DNA of 64,000 nucleotides from Takakia lepidozioides. Its lineage: Eukaryota; Plantae; Bryophyta. The translations under genes were made by a program, and so were the position numbers. Position 1 is the stretch's first letter; the number at the start of each line of letters is the position of its first letter. Below the pieces are notes generated by a model. It had not been told where the DNA came from. It did no database searches and saw only the letters and a program-made list of their open reading frames with translations. Shown here in pieces: positions 49,790 through 62,195 of the stretch. Location of the stretch: NCBI GenBank assembly GCA_030704615.1, contig CM060734.1, positions 56,110,001 through 56,174,000 of the forward strand, given 5' to 3'.

Positions 49790-50125
49790 CTCAGAATGGA
49801 CGATCCATCCTTCGGCCAGCGCGGAGGATCGGCCGGCGTGGACTGGCAGACTGACAGACTGGGGCAACAGACGGGCAGAATGGACTATTGGGTGGACTTG
49901 CACAGCGGACTGGCCGGCAGACTGGCCGTGTGGCGGACTGAGGAGAACTGTACTCACGGGCAACGGACTGGTGGGCGGACAGGGGGTGCGGCGGAGTTGC
50001 CATGGGCGCAGCTGGTGGGCCGCGGCAGGGCGACCGCGCGCAGTTGAGCCGGGCGTCCGTGCGCGGGGCCCACCGGTCAGCTCGCGCGTGCACCATAACG
50101 TCCCAATTATTGTGAAATGAGAGGC
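49790..50125 (-). repeat. Right long terminal inverted repeat (Mutator-like)
   Basis: Reverse complement of 21356-21790, from the terminal gcctctcattt to ggatcgtccattctgag. Confidence 0.85.
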
Positions 50126-51563
50126 CTTTTCAGAGGCGTCATCATTTTTAAAAAAAAATTATCTTGTTTTACAAAGCAAATATTCTATCTACGCTAAGGT
50201 GCTCCAAAAGTTTGACCGAACAAGGTGGTCTGCATAAATTATTTCCAAGAGTGTTTTTTGCCGTAGGAAGTCGATAAATTAGTTAGTGGTTATGGTGGCC
50301 CTTAGGTGCTTCAATTCCAATATATGTTGTTGACTAAACCCACAAGCTTGTTTTTTGTTGGTTCTAGTGCAAATACATCCAAGATTTGGTAAGAAATGGA
50401 TGAGACCATGACCATGTACGAGGATGAAAACTCATAAGGTGACATAAATGCATATAATGTTACGAGTTTTTAAATTTATTATGGATGAAAGAAGATCACC
50501 ATTTAGTTCACGGACTAGCAGGCCGCTTTCCCCTCGTCCAAAGTAAGAAATAGCTCTTGGCATATTTTACATCCCCCCTTTTTTATAAAGCTTCTGAGGT
50601 CTCTGTCCCTCTTTTACAACAAAAAGAAAAAGAAGAAGAAGCAATACAATGTTTTCTTTTCCCACTTAATAAAATAATCGGGCTTCATTCCCTTTATCAA
50701 AAGAAAAAAGTTCAAACTGTGAAGGTGGCATATATAGGTAACAGTGGGGCCAGTGAAGGGTGCGGAGTTGCATGGCGACGACGTGCTGGCGGGGCTGCCT
50801 TTATGGATCCACAACCCTCCTCTTTATGGCCGTTCTTTATGCTCTCCGCGTCAAGCATCCAGCTGCTGGATCGTAGCTGCACTTCTTGGAGGTGGAATGT
50901 TGTGAAGGGAAGGAATTTGATCGTAAGAAATGAGTTGACTGATCTTTCGATTCTTGCCACCCACACAGTCCGCACTGCTGGATTCTTTCAGATGCTTACA
51001 CTGCACGATAGCTGCACTGTTTTGAGAGTGGGTTCTTGAGATGGTGTTACTAGTCTCTCGCTAGCTGTCATTAAGCCTCTCGACGGTTAGCTGTAGCTGT
51101 ACTTGCAATTTTCTATTGTGTAGCTGGGTCGGTCTCTCTGTACGTCTCTGTCTCTCAGTTTACAAGATAGCTTCTGTGCTACTCACGATTCTTGCGTGCG
51201 GAGCTGAAGATCCTTGTTCCCACTGTAGAAACAGAGCCTCCTGCGTCGCGTCTGTCTTTTCTCTTGTTATGTAGCTTTGTTGGTTGTCTCTTGTAGTTCA
51301 GCTACACATGTGGACGCAATCTTGAAATTCTTCTTGCATTCCGTCTCGCTCTAGCTGGGTTGGAATCTTGCCAAGCTCCGTACTCTCAGCGGGAATTACC
51401 AGATCAGCTTCCACGTTAAAGCTCTTGAAAGCACCGGCACTCTGATATTTCATTGGGTTTTCTTTAGCGCTGTAGATTTTCGTTCTCCAGGTTGTCTACT
51501 CGATCAAGAAGTCATCGACGTTTTTTTCCCTTTACAAAGTTAAACTGCCAAAGAGCTCCAGCC

Positions 51564-53328
51564 ATGAGATTGGCGGGGTTTAACGCAAAGAAGAGGTGTC
51601 ATCGTCCAGGATATGGTACGGGAGGGAAGACAAGTGTCTTTTTGCTGTTAGCATCCTTGGCTATGCTTTCAGGGGTGATTATGGCACACAAGGAGCACAA
51701 AGCTGAAGGGAGTGTTGCACGAAACTTCAGTCATCATTTCTACACTACCTCTGACGCCAGCCATTACAGGGTGTCAGATGATGGCGGGCTCGCTCAACTT
51801 GTTCTCGACCAAGAATCAGGTTGGTCTCCTTTCCTGTTTCCTTCCCTTTCCGTATATGTCTAAGGAATCAGCTATAACTATGAAGGAAATTCGAAAGTAT
51901 GTTGCACCGTAAGCGTTTATGTGCAAAGGCTTGAATAAACTCTTCCGGCCTCAAGTGTTTACTCTCCCTTTGGACGTAAGTCAAACGTTTACCATCCAAT
52001 GGCTACTATCCTTGTTTGTCCATTCCCAGTTGTCATTCGACTGAAACATTTGAGGTGTATCATGCTTTATTGGCTGTTCAGCTTCGGGATTTGCCTCCAA
52101 GACAAGATATTTGTTTGGCCGCATTAGCATTCAAATGAAGTTGCACCCTGGTGATTCGGCAGGCACAGTGACAACATTCTATGTAAGGCTCTCGTACATG
52201 AGCAGTTCCGGTCGATTATCCCTTCTGTTAATCCTCGAGTTAATGCTTACATGGTGCACAACGTACTTTTAGTAGGAAGAGAAATGAAGTCCGCCTAGTC
52301 AAATTGCCCAGGAGTACTTATTGCACAGAGTCCATTTGAATGGATCAATCTTTGCTGACTTTCTTTTTGTTGCAATTGCTGCCATTTGGGGCAGATGTCC
52401 TCCCTTAGTGGAAAGCATGACGAGTTGGACTTCGAGTTTCTGGGGAATGAGACGGGCAAGCCCTACGTCTTGCAGACAAACGTCTACGCAGGAGGAGTCG
52501 GTGATCGGGAGCAGCGCATAAACTTGTGGTTCGACCCAACAACTGAGTTCCATACATACAGTCTCCACTGGAACAAACATCTTATAATGTAAGGCCATGA
52601 ACCTCTGCTCCCCGTTTTGGGAGCACACTCACGTATGTCTCGTAGCAGTTTGCTAAATGAACCAGAAGACCTCATTCTTTGGTAGCCGTCCAGAACTGTG
52701 ATATTTGTTGACTTCTTTCAAGTAAACATGCTGTGAATTGTAAGATGTGCTTGATGAAGTTCTTTGAGGCAGGGCTGAAAGACAAGGTTGATTATAAACT
52801 AGCCTTTACAATTATATGAGGCGGTGATCTGAAGCCAGTGCTTGACACGTTTGGTAGTGGCAATGCAGATTCCTGATAGACAACACTCCAATCCGATTGT
52901 ACAGAAACAATGAAGATTTGGGTGTGCCATATCCCAACAGGCAACCAATGACTGTCTTCGCCAGCTTGTGGAACGGTGATCAATGGGCCACTCAGTTTGG
53001 AGCAGTGAAGCTCAATTGGTCTAACGTGCCATTTGTTGCATCATATCAGGGATATGCTGCCCATGGATGTGAGGTGACCTGGTACAGTGGGGATATTGCG
53101 TCATGCATATCTCGACATTCCGAGAAATTGCTGAAAAGGGCCACATTGCAATCTCTGGATTCTGAACAACTGGCTGGATTGCAATGGGTAGCTGAGAACA
53201 TGCTGATATACGACTACTGTGCTGATAGAAACCGTTACCCGAAGCCACACCCAGAATGTAGCCAGAATGCAGCACAACTTCGTTCAGGTCCAACTCATGG
53301 GCCACAGAGAGTCTCCTCTTCAAGATAA
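51564..53328 (+). CDS. XTH: Xyloglucan endotransglucosylase/hydrolase (GH16), 4 exons: 51564-51819, 52082-52182, 52395-52588, 52869-53328
   Basis: [21 protein letters not shown], catalytic [40 protein letters not shown]; GT-AG introns at canonical XTH positions. Confidence 0.95.
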
Positions 53329-54764
53329 GGGCAGATTTGACCTCTTGGAGTTTCCTTCAAGGGAAAGGTAGTAGGTTTGGTGAACCAAGGCTCTTTGGTC
53401 CAGTATCCTGAAAATTGGAAACAGTGGGGAATTCGTAGTCCCCCCCAATGTGTGTACAGATGGAGGAAGGGAGGAAATTTCAGTACTCAATCCTGTTATG
53501 GTTGAGCTCTTGGCCAGCATCACTTTAGAGAGTGACGCATGTGTTCTATAAACTATTTATAACTCAAAAGGTTCGTCAGGGGTGACTGTTGGTGGCAATC
53601 GCAATATTGATGCTGTTTCTTGATCCATAAGTATGACTGGAAAGGAGTGTGGTTACGTCGATTAGGTGTGTTTCATCACACAACTTACATTCATGTAATG
53701 CGTTGAACTCTGGTTCCAGAATAGAATAGCAAGAGTTGGTTTTGGTATGAGCTGTGAGATTCTGAATAACCAGCCAATCCCTTGATATTCTACCTCTGCA
53801 TTCCCTTACTTCAATATGTGCACTCGCTCATGACCATCATTAGCTGTCTGTAGATAGGAGAAGGTCTGTCATGATGGTGATTGTGTATGCTAGCATGTGC
53901 TTCTGTTCTGTTCTGTCTTTGCAGGACATTAGGTACAAAGTTCATTTGTGTCTTCTCCCCTTCTTTTTTCTTCACTCCTATCACCCATCTTCGCGAAGCC
54001 CTTTTCTATCCAAAAGTAACAACGCCCCAGGCTGCTTCGAGTCGGCAATTTGGCGCACGCTACTGCCTAGTTAACCTTTCCCACGCAACCACCTGAAAAT
54101 TCCATGACACCCATGTCATGACACTTAGAAGGACTCGACGATTGCATACAAGCAAACGGCAAACCGAGCTGGTCCGATAAGAAATACCCACTATTCTTTC
54201 TGAGGACAGTCCGAAGCCAACCATTGCATCAGCCGCCCGGCAACATGCAGATGGAAGAGTGCGGCCACCAGGGCATGCGGCCAACCCCACACCTTCAAAA
54301 GATTGCCGCCCAATTTCAGTGACTTGTATCGTGAATCCCACTGATAGAAATCCCGGTAGGATCTTTTCAGAATCTTGATTGTCAAAGCCCTGGACTTGGA
54401 ATCTGTTTTCCTGTGAAAGACTTAAACGCCCCAACCCCTAAAAATCACTTCAGAGATTCGGGAGCTCTGCTGCCTGCTACCTTTAATCTTCACCAGATCT
54501 GCAATCGGGCTGTTGGACGAGGCCCTCGAGAAGTTCTACCGGGAAATTCACGTCGGTTGGGTTGGAGACGGAGTGGATAGCATGCGGGGATCCAGACATG
54601 AAGGGAGGGTGTGTCGTAGCTTCAGCTCAGATTCTTTGCTGCACATTATCAGATTCGTCTTCTAGAAATTCTGCATCGGAAAGCCATCTTCTGAGACTCT
54701 TGAACGCAGACAATTTGCATTTTGTTTAGTCATTCATCGATAAGAAGAGTACCGATCAAGTGAG

Positions 54765-57700
54765 ATGGCCAGCAGGGGGGCTGGCCTTGCGATTGTTGTG
54801 CTTTTGCTCTTTCTGATATGGCCTTGTGCTCACGTGTCTGCACATGATCATCACCATCATCACGATCATGACCACCACCACCACCACCATGATCATAACC
54901 ACGATGAGGGCACTATTGAAATGGGTAAGGATGCGCAAGATGAACTCTTGAAGCTCGTGATGGGTGGTGTGTATGACACTGAGCAGTCCGACAAGGAAAC
55001 TAAAGAAACTGGCAGTGCGACCTCGGCTTATCAAGAACTGGAGGAATCCCTTAGGCGTTTGAGTGAGAGCACCGGTAATGAGCTAGACATTGATGATCAT
55101 AGTCGTATGATTCAAGCAGAGGGGGCAAGCGCGGATGATGTGATAAGTCTCTTGCACAGATATGCATATGACCTTCATGACAAGGTACAGGCACAAGGAG
55201 ATGCAAGTCATGATGAACATGATGATCATTATGGCCATGTGCATAATCATCACAGTCAAGAGCATAGAGATGGCGTAGACAAGGGTCGATTTAAGCTTCC
55301 AGAGGAGATTGAGGAGGAGATAGACTTACAAAAATATGGATTTGAGGGGCAGGGGTTCACAAAGATGGATTACAGCGGCCATTCCAAATTGCCTACATTT
55401 GGTCGGTTCTCAAACCCTTCACCTTATGTCAGATCGTGACTTACAATTGCTGATTGTAATCTGGCCTTCAATGTTGTTCATCCATGAGAGAACTCCCACT
55501 ACCTTGACTTTGCCAATGACTGATTCACACACGACCAAAATGGCCAAAATGACGTCATCGGGAACTCCTATCAGATTTAGTCTCTCCAGTATGCTGGCTT
55601 GAGGGACAGAGTCAAAAAATTCAGAAGCCTGTGCACCAACTTATTTTCATGTGGAGCCTGGCCACTGGAGAGTAACTTTATAATGTCCACAGAGGCCCGA
55701 AGAGCTCATGGGAGCGAGAGAGAATGTACTTCAACCCTGCAAACTTTGGCTTGGCCATGGGGTATGTGAAAGGAGTTACCTTTCAGGATACCTCCCCCTC
55801 CCTAACCGGTTGTGGGTTGTAGTCCATGAGTGTTAAACCCAGAATATCTCCTCATGCCATAGTTCATTGTCTGCCTGTCCAGATCTGAAAAATCTGCAAA
55901 CTGTCTCTGGAAGTCCCCTAAAGCCCAAGTAAGAGATGTGGAGAATGTCGTGGACAAATATTAACCCATCACAAAGGGTTTATAATTATGTAAATGATAG
56001 CATCTATGGTTAACTGTAGTTTTGGGATGACTGATGCCCCCATGTCTATTGCAAATGGATCTTCCAAAGATCCTGTGTGATTTGCCTGTCCTGTATCGTT
56101 ATAACTACTGGGCACTGATCGATTTGTGGCAAAGAATCTGTTGAAAAGTCCACGTCGAAGGGCACAAACTGTGAACCGACAAGTTGTTGCACTTCCATTT
56201 GCTAGGCTCTGGTTTGCTTGTGGCCAATGGTCTTTTAGCGATCTAAGCCTGTCCAGGAAGATGATGATCCAGAATACGGTCTCAAGATTTCAAAGCATTG
56301 TCAAAAAGTGCTTCAGATACTGACTATGTTCATTAGAATGAAGTCAGGTTTTCTTTGCAAATTGTGAGCAGGACTGTGTGGGTTTTATAGGGTTGTGGAT
56401 GCGAGCGATGGGGAGTTCACTGCTGGTGAGCATGGCCTCTCTTATCTGCCTCATGTTTCTCCCTTTCATTGTTTGTAAGTCTCTCTCTCTCCCCCATTTT
56501 TTGTCCCTTTCAAAATGAAATCTCAGGAAATCCCTCTCTTGCCTCCTCATGTATAGTTCTATCCTTCTCTCTCTCCTGTAGTTTTTGAAATACTTATAAC
56601 TAAATTTGCACTTCCGGTCGGGTGTGCTCTCAAGGATTTACCAAAGAATGAAGAGAAGACTAGTTTATTATGAGAATGTCCTCATAAGACATTGTTTGCT
56701 GTAGCCTTGTGGCCATAGACCCTGCGCCCAGTTTGGGAGCAAAAGGGAACAGACACTACCTTTGTGAGGGGCTCACTCTGGTAGTGGGACTTACCTTGGT
56801 ATAAACAAGGAGAATGTACTCACCGTTCCCTGCAAAGAGAATGTACTCATAAGAAGTTTGCCGTAGCCCTGTGGCCATAGACTTACCTTGGTGCTTTCCA
56901 GATTTCCTCTAGAAATCCCTTCACACAGGCATCAATCTGCCTTGTGTGCCGAGTTCAAATTTCAGTCTAGTGCCGAGGGTAGGCAGGCCCTTCAGATCAT
57001 CAGAGAGAGAAAATGTACTCATGCCTTTATCTGCGATTTGGCTTGCCATACCCTTATGGCCATTGACTCCTCGGGAAACCAACTCTCCCGGAGCCTTTTG
57101 TTGGGTTCGCACCCACCAGGGTTTCATGAGAGAGAGAGAGAGAGAGAAATGAAATGAAATGAAATGGTGCTTTATAATGTCCGCGGAAAGCTCATAGAGC
57201 TTATGGGACAAAATGGAAGAAAACTTGAGAGAGGAAACAAAACCAAGAATGAGGACTATTTCTTGAGTGATTGTCTAGCCTCGTGCAGGTAAGCTGCCAA
57301 GCATTTCTGATCCCCAGAGTGGAAAACTTCAGTGAGAGATTGGGTTCCACGGAATAAACAGTGGAGTCTCCCACGGATCTCGTAGTATAGAGGACAATAG
57401 AAGAAGTGTTCTTCAGCGAGAGAGAGAAAGTACGGATAAGACGTTGTTTGCTGTAGCCTTGTGGCCATTGTCCCTGCGCCCAGTTGAGCGGAGCACAAAG
57501 GGACAGAAACTACCTTTGTCGGGGCTGATGCCGGTAGTATGACTTACCTTGGAGGAGAGAGAGAGAACATGAGAACATGTGAACATGTACTCATTACACT
57601 TGCTAGCCATAGCCTTGTAGCCACCAGAGAGAGAGAGAGAAACAGAAAGAAGTTTATAATGTCCACAGGAGGCCTGGAGGGTGTTTGGGACACAATAGAA

Positions 57701-60700
57701 CTACATGAGAACCAAAGAAAACATTAACAAACCCAGAATATTACTCGGAAACATTGCCTCAGTCCAAATGGCACCATACTATTTCCTGGCAGCAGAATTT
57801 TTCCAATACATTACATACGGATCAGGAAAATCTCAATCTCTTAGGATTCTCTTTGATGATGGTTGCGGTTTGGGTGCAGCAAGTGGCAAGCCTTCACGAA
57901 AAATAGTTGATGGGCTCGCTGCATTTGGGGTAAGCAGTCTCTCTGTATTTACATTTAAATAACAGGTTGTTCATCACTGAGCTCCAACGAGTGTCCACTT
58001 GTTAAGACTGGACGTCCAGGCACTTGAGACATTCTCATTGTATGCCGTTTCTTGTGAGCACGGAAAGAGGGACCTTTTACATAAACTCTTACTACGTCAC
58101 AGCAGAGATAAGCAGTACATATGATTGAGGACTGGGCAATCTAATAGGGTGGAATGGACAGGCGGGAGCCATGTTGGGTGATGCCTTCCTTCACCAATTG
58201 CCCCATGCTTTTGGTGAGTCTATTTTCTTTCCAGGGGTCTATCATTCTACTAATACCTGTGAATGTCTCTCTTCTTTTCCACCATTTCTTGCACACAACT
58301 CAATCACGTGTGGTTGATTTGTACAGGCTTATGGATATTAGGTTTCTTGCAGGGACCTGCTCACAAGACTGACAATCAGTGGGTTATCGAATAAGATTGT
58401 CAAGGTTTTGGCTATGCAAGTGTCAATCACAGCTTCAATGACAAAGTTAATCTGGCGGTGGTGGGTTGATGCATTCAGGTGGCTCTCAAGACCATTCTCA
58501 TTCACATAACATGGACCACCATGACCATGCACATACGCACACACATTCACATGACCACACAGAGAGTGGAGGCCATGGTCATGCCCACTCCTTACAAGAT
58601 CTATCTATTGGTCTTGCTGTACTTGGTAACGTTCTCTTCACTCTGACCATATCCAAGAGAGCCCAGTAAATTGGACTTGGGATCTAGATGCTAAGTTTAT
58701 TGTTAAGGCTCTCTATCTCTCTCTCCATGGACGTTATAAGTACGATTTCATTTCTCTCTCTCTTTCTGTGTTTAAGTCTGGATATGGATGCTAAGAGTAT
58801 GTCTTGGTCTTCCCGTGTTTGACACAGAACTCAGTAGTCTGCAACCTCTGTTGGGAATGATGTAGTCATTGGGGACTATAACTGGTTACTATTGTACAGC
58901 ATGGAGTTAATTTGTCTCTTAGGGCGTCTTTACACTTTCCCCCAAGCAATATCTGCCCAATACAAATTCGGTGGACCTTTCCAAAATTCGGTTGCAATTT
59001 CTGCAGGTGGTATCCTCCTCTTCTTCATCGTGGAGAAGATTGTGAGACGAGTCGAAGAACTGTCCATGCATGGGAGCATGCAGGCAGTGGGCCATTCTCA
59101 TCACCACCACCACAAAAGAGAGACCTCAGAAGTGCATGATGGTGGTAATCTGATAGCTGATGGTGTTGTGGGTGAGGTTGACAAGGATAAACTTTTGGCA
59201 TCCAATCCTGGCCTTCGTGAGGTAAATCCAAAGGATTGTGGATATCAAAGTGGCTGGTCCCTAGAGACAGAGAGTGTCTTGGTGATTCAGTAGGTTTCCC
59301 TAACCAACCCCTCTCCCTCTCTTCCCCTCTTAAGCCTTTCATTCTCGCCCTTTCAAGGGAGATTGTTTATGCCCGATGTGCCCCCTCACAACTCTTATTC
59401 CGCCGAAATGGGTGTTCGGTCTATGGCCACAAGGCTAAGGCAAACAATGTGTTATGAGTACGTTGTCTTGCCCTTTCAGATCACCTGTACCTTGTCCCTA
59501 AGGTGACCATTGTCTTGCAGGATTTTACTGGTTGGCAAATCTCTTTACGAGTCAGCTTGTCAGGTTTATTCCCTTTTTGCATTAGGGCCCTGTGCAGATG
59601 CCCGATGGTTTTTATTCTGCCATGTATTCCTTGTGGCTTGATTGACAGAGGAGCAAAGGAGCGACAGGAGAGGAAGCAGACAATGTTTATAGTGAGGCGG
59701 CTGCAGATGTGGACCAGGTCAGGCAGCCTCAGGAAGCAAGTGGAGCACGTGTCCTGGGCTACCTCAATCTTTTCTCTGATGCTTTGGTATGCACTTGCGA
59801 TTCTGCTCGCACAATTGCAAACTTAAGAGGGAGAAGGACAGGGGAGGGAAGAACACAATATGCTTGCAAGTTTCTCCATAAGAAATCCAGATTTGTGGTG
59901 CTATAATATGCTGTTTTGGTACAGGAGGGGGTATTTTTAATTTGGAAGGGAGGATGAGAAGGGAAGGAAGAGTGGTGAGATGGGTAAGAGAAGAAGAAAA
60001 GAAGAAACTTATCACAACCATTAGAGGCTCAAATTAAAGAGAGCGATACTCCACTACGGCCCCCGCGGCAGGCCCAACCACGGTCACCCCCGCAGTTCTA
60101 CTGCCACCATGAGTTCAAAGTGAGTTAGAGTTTTAGGGCATCATTGATCTTGATTGTGGAGCATTGAACAATGAGCTGGGCTGTTGTGCAGCACAATTTT
60201 ACAGATGGAATGGCACTGGGAACAGCATTCCTGTTACATGGACCAGTGGGTGGCTGGTCTCGCACTTTGTTCCTCCTTGCCCATGAGCTTCCTCAGGAGG
60301 TTAGGTCCCTCCTAGTCTTTGAATTTGCCTGCAGGTCCAAAGTCTAATGTCCTTGCTAAATTTTGCTGGGGCTAGAAAGATAGAGAGATGTATGCACGGA
60401 AGACAGGAGCTTTCGGAGCTAGTTCAACACTACAGTATGACAAGTTGCTGGCTTGACACATTGAATTGAAACGAGAGTTTCTCACTTTTGGGTCTCTTCA
60501 GCTGTTAAGTAGAGTCCACAACGTTTGTATGCTCAATGTCCACTAAGCCAAAACAGCAACCTGACAAAACAGGTGGGCGATTTTGGAATTTTGGTGAGGT
60601 CGGGCTTTGGGGTGGTGAAAGCACTTGCATTCAACTTTCTGTCTGCATTGGTGGCGATGGCCGGTACTGCTGTGGTATGTGTCTGACTCCCTGTCCCTTT

Positions 60701-62195
60701 CTCATGTCTGCTATACGGCCAGATTGACAAATGTGTCTCATTCTGTGATACCTACATTGACAGTTGTTTTGCTGGTTTTTGAAGGGTACAGCCTAAGCTT
60801 CAGTATTAAACAGGCGGGTACAAGATAGTCCAGAATCACACCCAACCAATTGCACAGCAAAATGAGAGAACTCTAAGGTTAGACAATTACACTCGAGTTA
60901 CAGAGTAATCACAGGTTCAGATACGGCACACGTTTTTCCATGGGTGTGAGCATCAAGAACAACCTCCGTGCCAGCAAAACTGCCGTGGAGGGGATTCTTT
61001 GGTGTGCCTGCCTCAGTCTCTCCTCTTGCCACGTCCAGCGGCACTCAGACCTTTTGCCCTGTGTCATATCTGGATCCTAGATGCTGTTGTAGGAACCAAG
61101 TATCACTGGCCTCATACATTTCAGCAAACTGCTCAAGGTCTTAACTATCTAGGTCTTCGACTGTCTAACTGAGTCCTTAAGAACCTTCCTCAGCTACTTG
61201 AAATCTTAGAACGTTGGAGATGATGACAATGAAATAGGATGTTATTTCTGCATGGATATTTTTCTTATGATGAAGAAGATGTTTGTTTGTGAATGACAGG
61301 CACTGGTGGTGGGTGGAAATCCAGGCCATTCATCTTTGATTGAGGTATTTTGTAATTCAGACATGTCCTCTTACAACTTGAAGCCACAAATGCATGTTTG
61401 GAAGAAAAAAGATGACTTGGATGGAAAAGGAGATAGTAGTGTAATATGGACCTCTCATCTTCAACAACAGGGATTCTGATGAACAACACTGCTGAGATGT
61501 TACTGATTGAGACAGTTACAGATTCAACCATTTTCCACTGCTTGAGTGTTTGCTTCCTATTCTTATATATCTCTATCAGATTTTTGAAACAAAGTTTGTG
61601 AACCCAACAATCCACTTTACAATATGACTGATCTCCTTGGGCTCACTGCAATGGTAGGAGAGTCTGACACCTTGCACCTTACCGACTTGTACACATGCAT
61701 TGAGTATGCAGAGGATTTCCACTCTTGCCAGCTCATGGCATTTGTTCTTGCTGGAGGCAGGTGTCCAATGTACAGTACATAGTGTTCATACACACCTCAG
61801 AGCACAAAATCAGAGCATTGTTGTACCCCTTACGCCATGATATGGATCTCAATGTAGCAACAAATTGTGAGGTTCAATGCCTACAAGGTTCCTTTGGAAA
61901 CCCTCCATTTGATACAAACTATAATGGTTTGGAAGCACATGCTTTAATGTGTGTTCCAAATCGCAATTCCCTCTTCTTGTTCTTACCATTACACGGAAGG
62001 CCTACTGATGTGTTTTGTCATTTTGCAAACTCTGATCTCCAGGGCTTTACAGCAGGAGGATTCATTTACATCTCGGTCGCAGGCGTTCTGCCAGACATGC
62101 ACACTCAGGGCACCTCGCTCTCCACCACTGTTTCTCAACTGAGTGCGATGATTTTGGGCATTGGGGTAGCTGTTATTATTTCTTTGGCTGAATGA
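54765..62195 (+). CDS. IAR1: ZIP7/IAR1-like His-rich zinc transporter, 11 exons: 54765-55401, 56391-56474, 57880-57929, 58162-58213, 58479-58625, 59007-59221, 59649-59786, 60192-60299, 60573-60674, 61300-61344, 62043-62195
   Basis: Signal peptide, His tracts, AGAMLGDAFLHQLPH, GYLNLFSD, HNFTDG, HELPQEVGDFGIL, GFTAGGFIY; all introns GT-AG with consistent phases. Confidence 0.93.
57160..57420 (-). mobile_element. LINE 3'-end relic within an IAR1 intron
   Basis: EEHFFYCPLYYEIR resembles a LINE ORF2 C-terminal zinc-knuckle end. It is followed by ggacattataaag and a (TTTCA)n/(TC)n tail. Confidence 0.55.
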
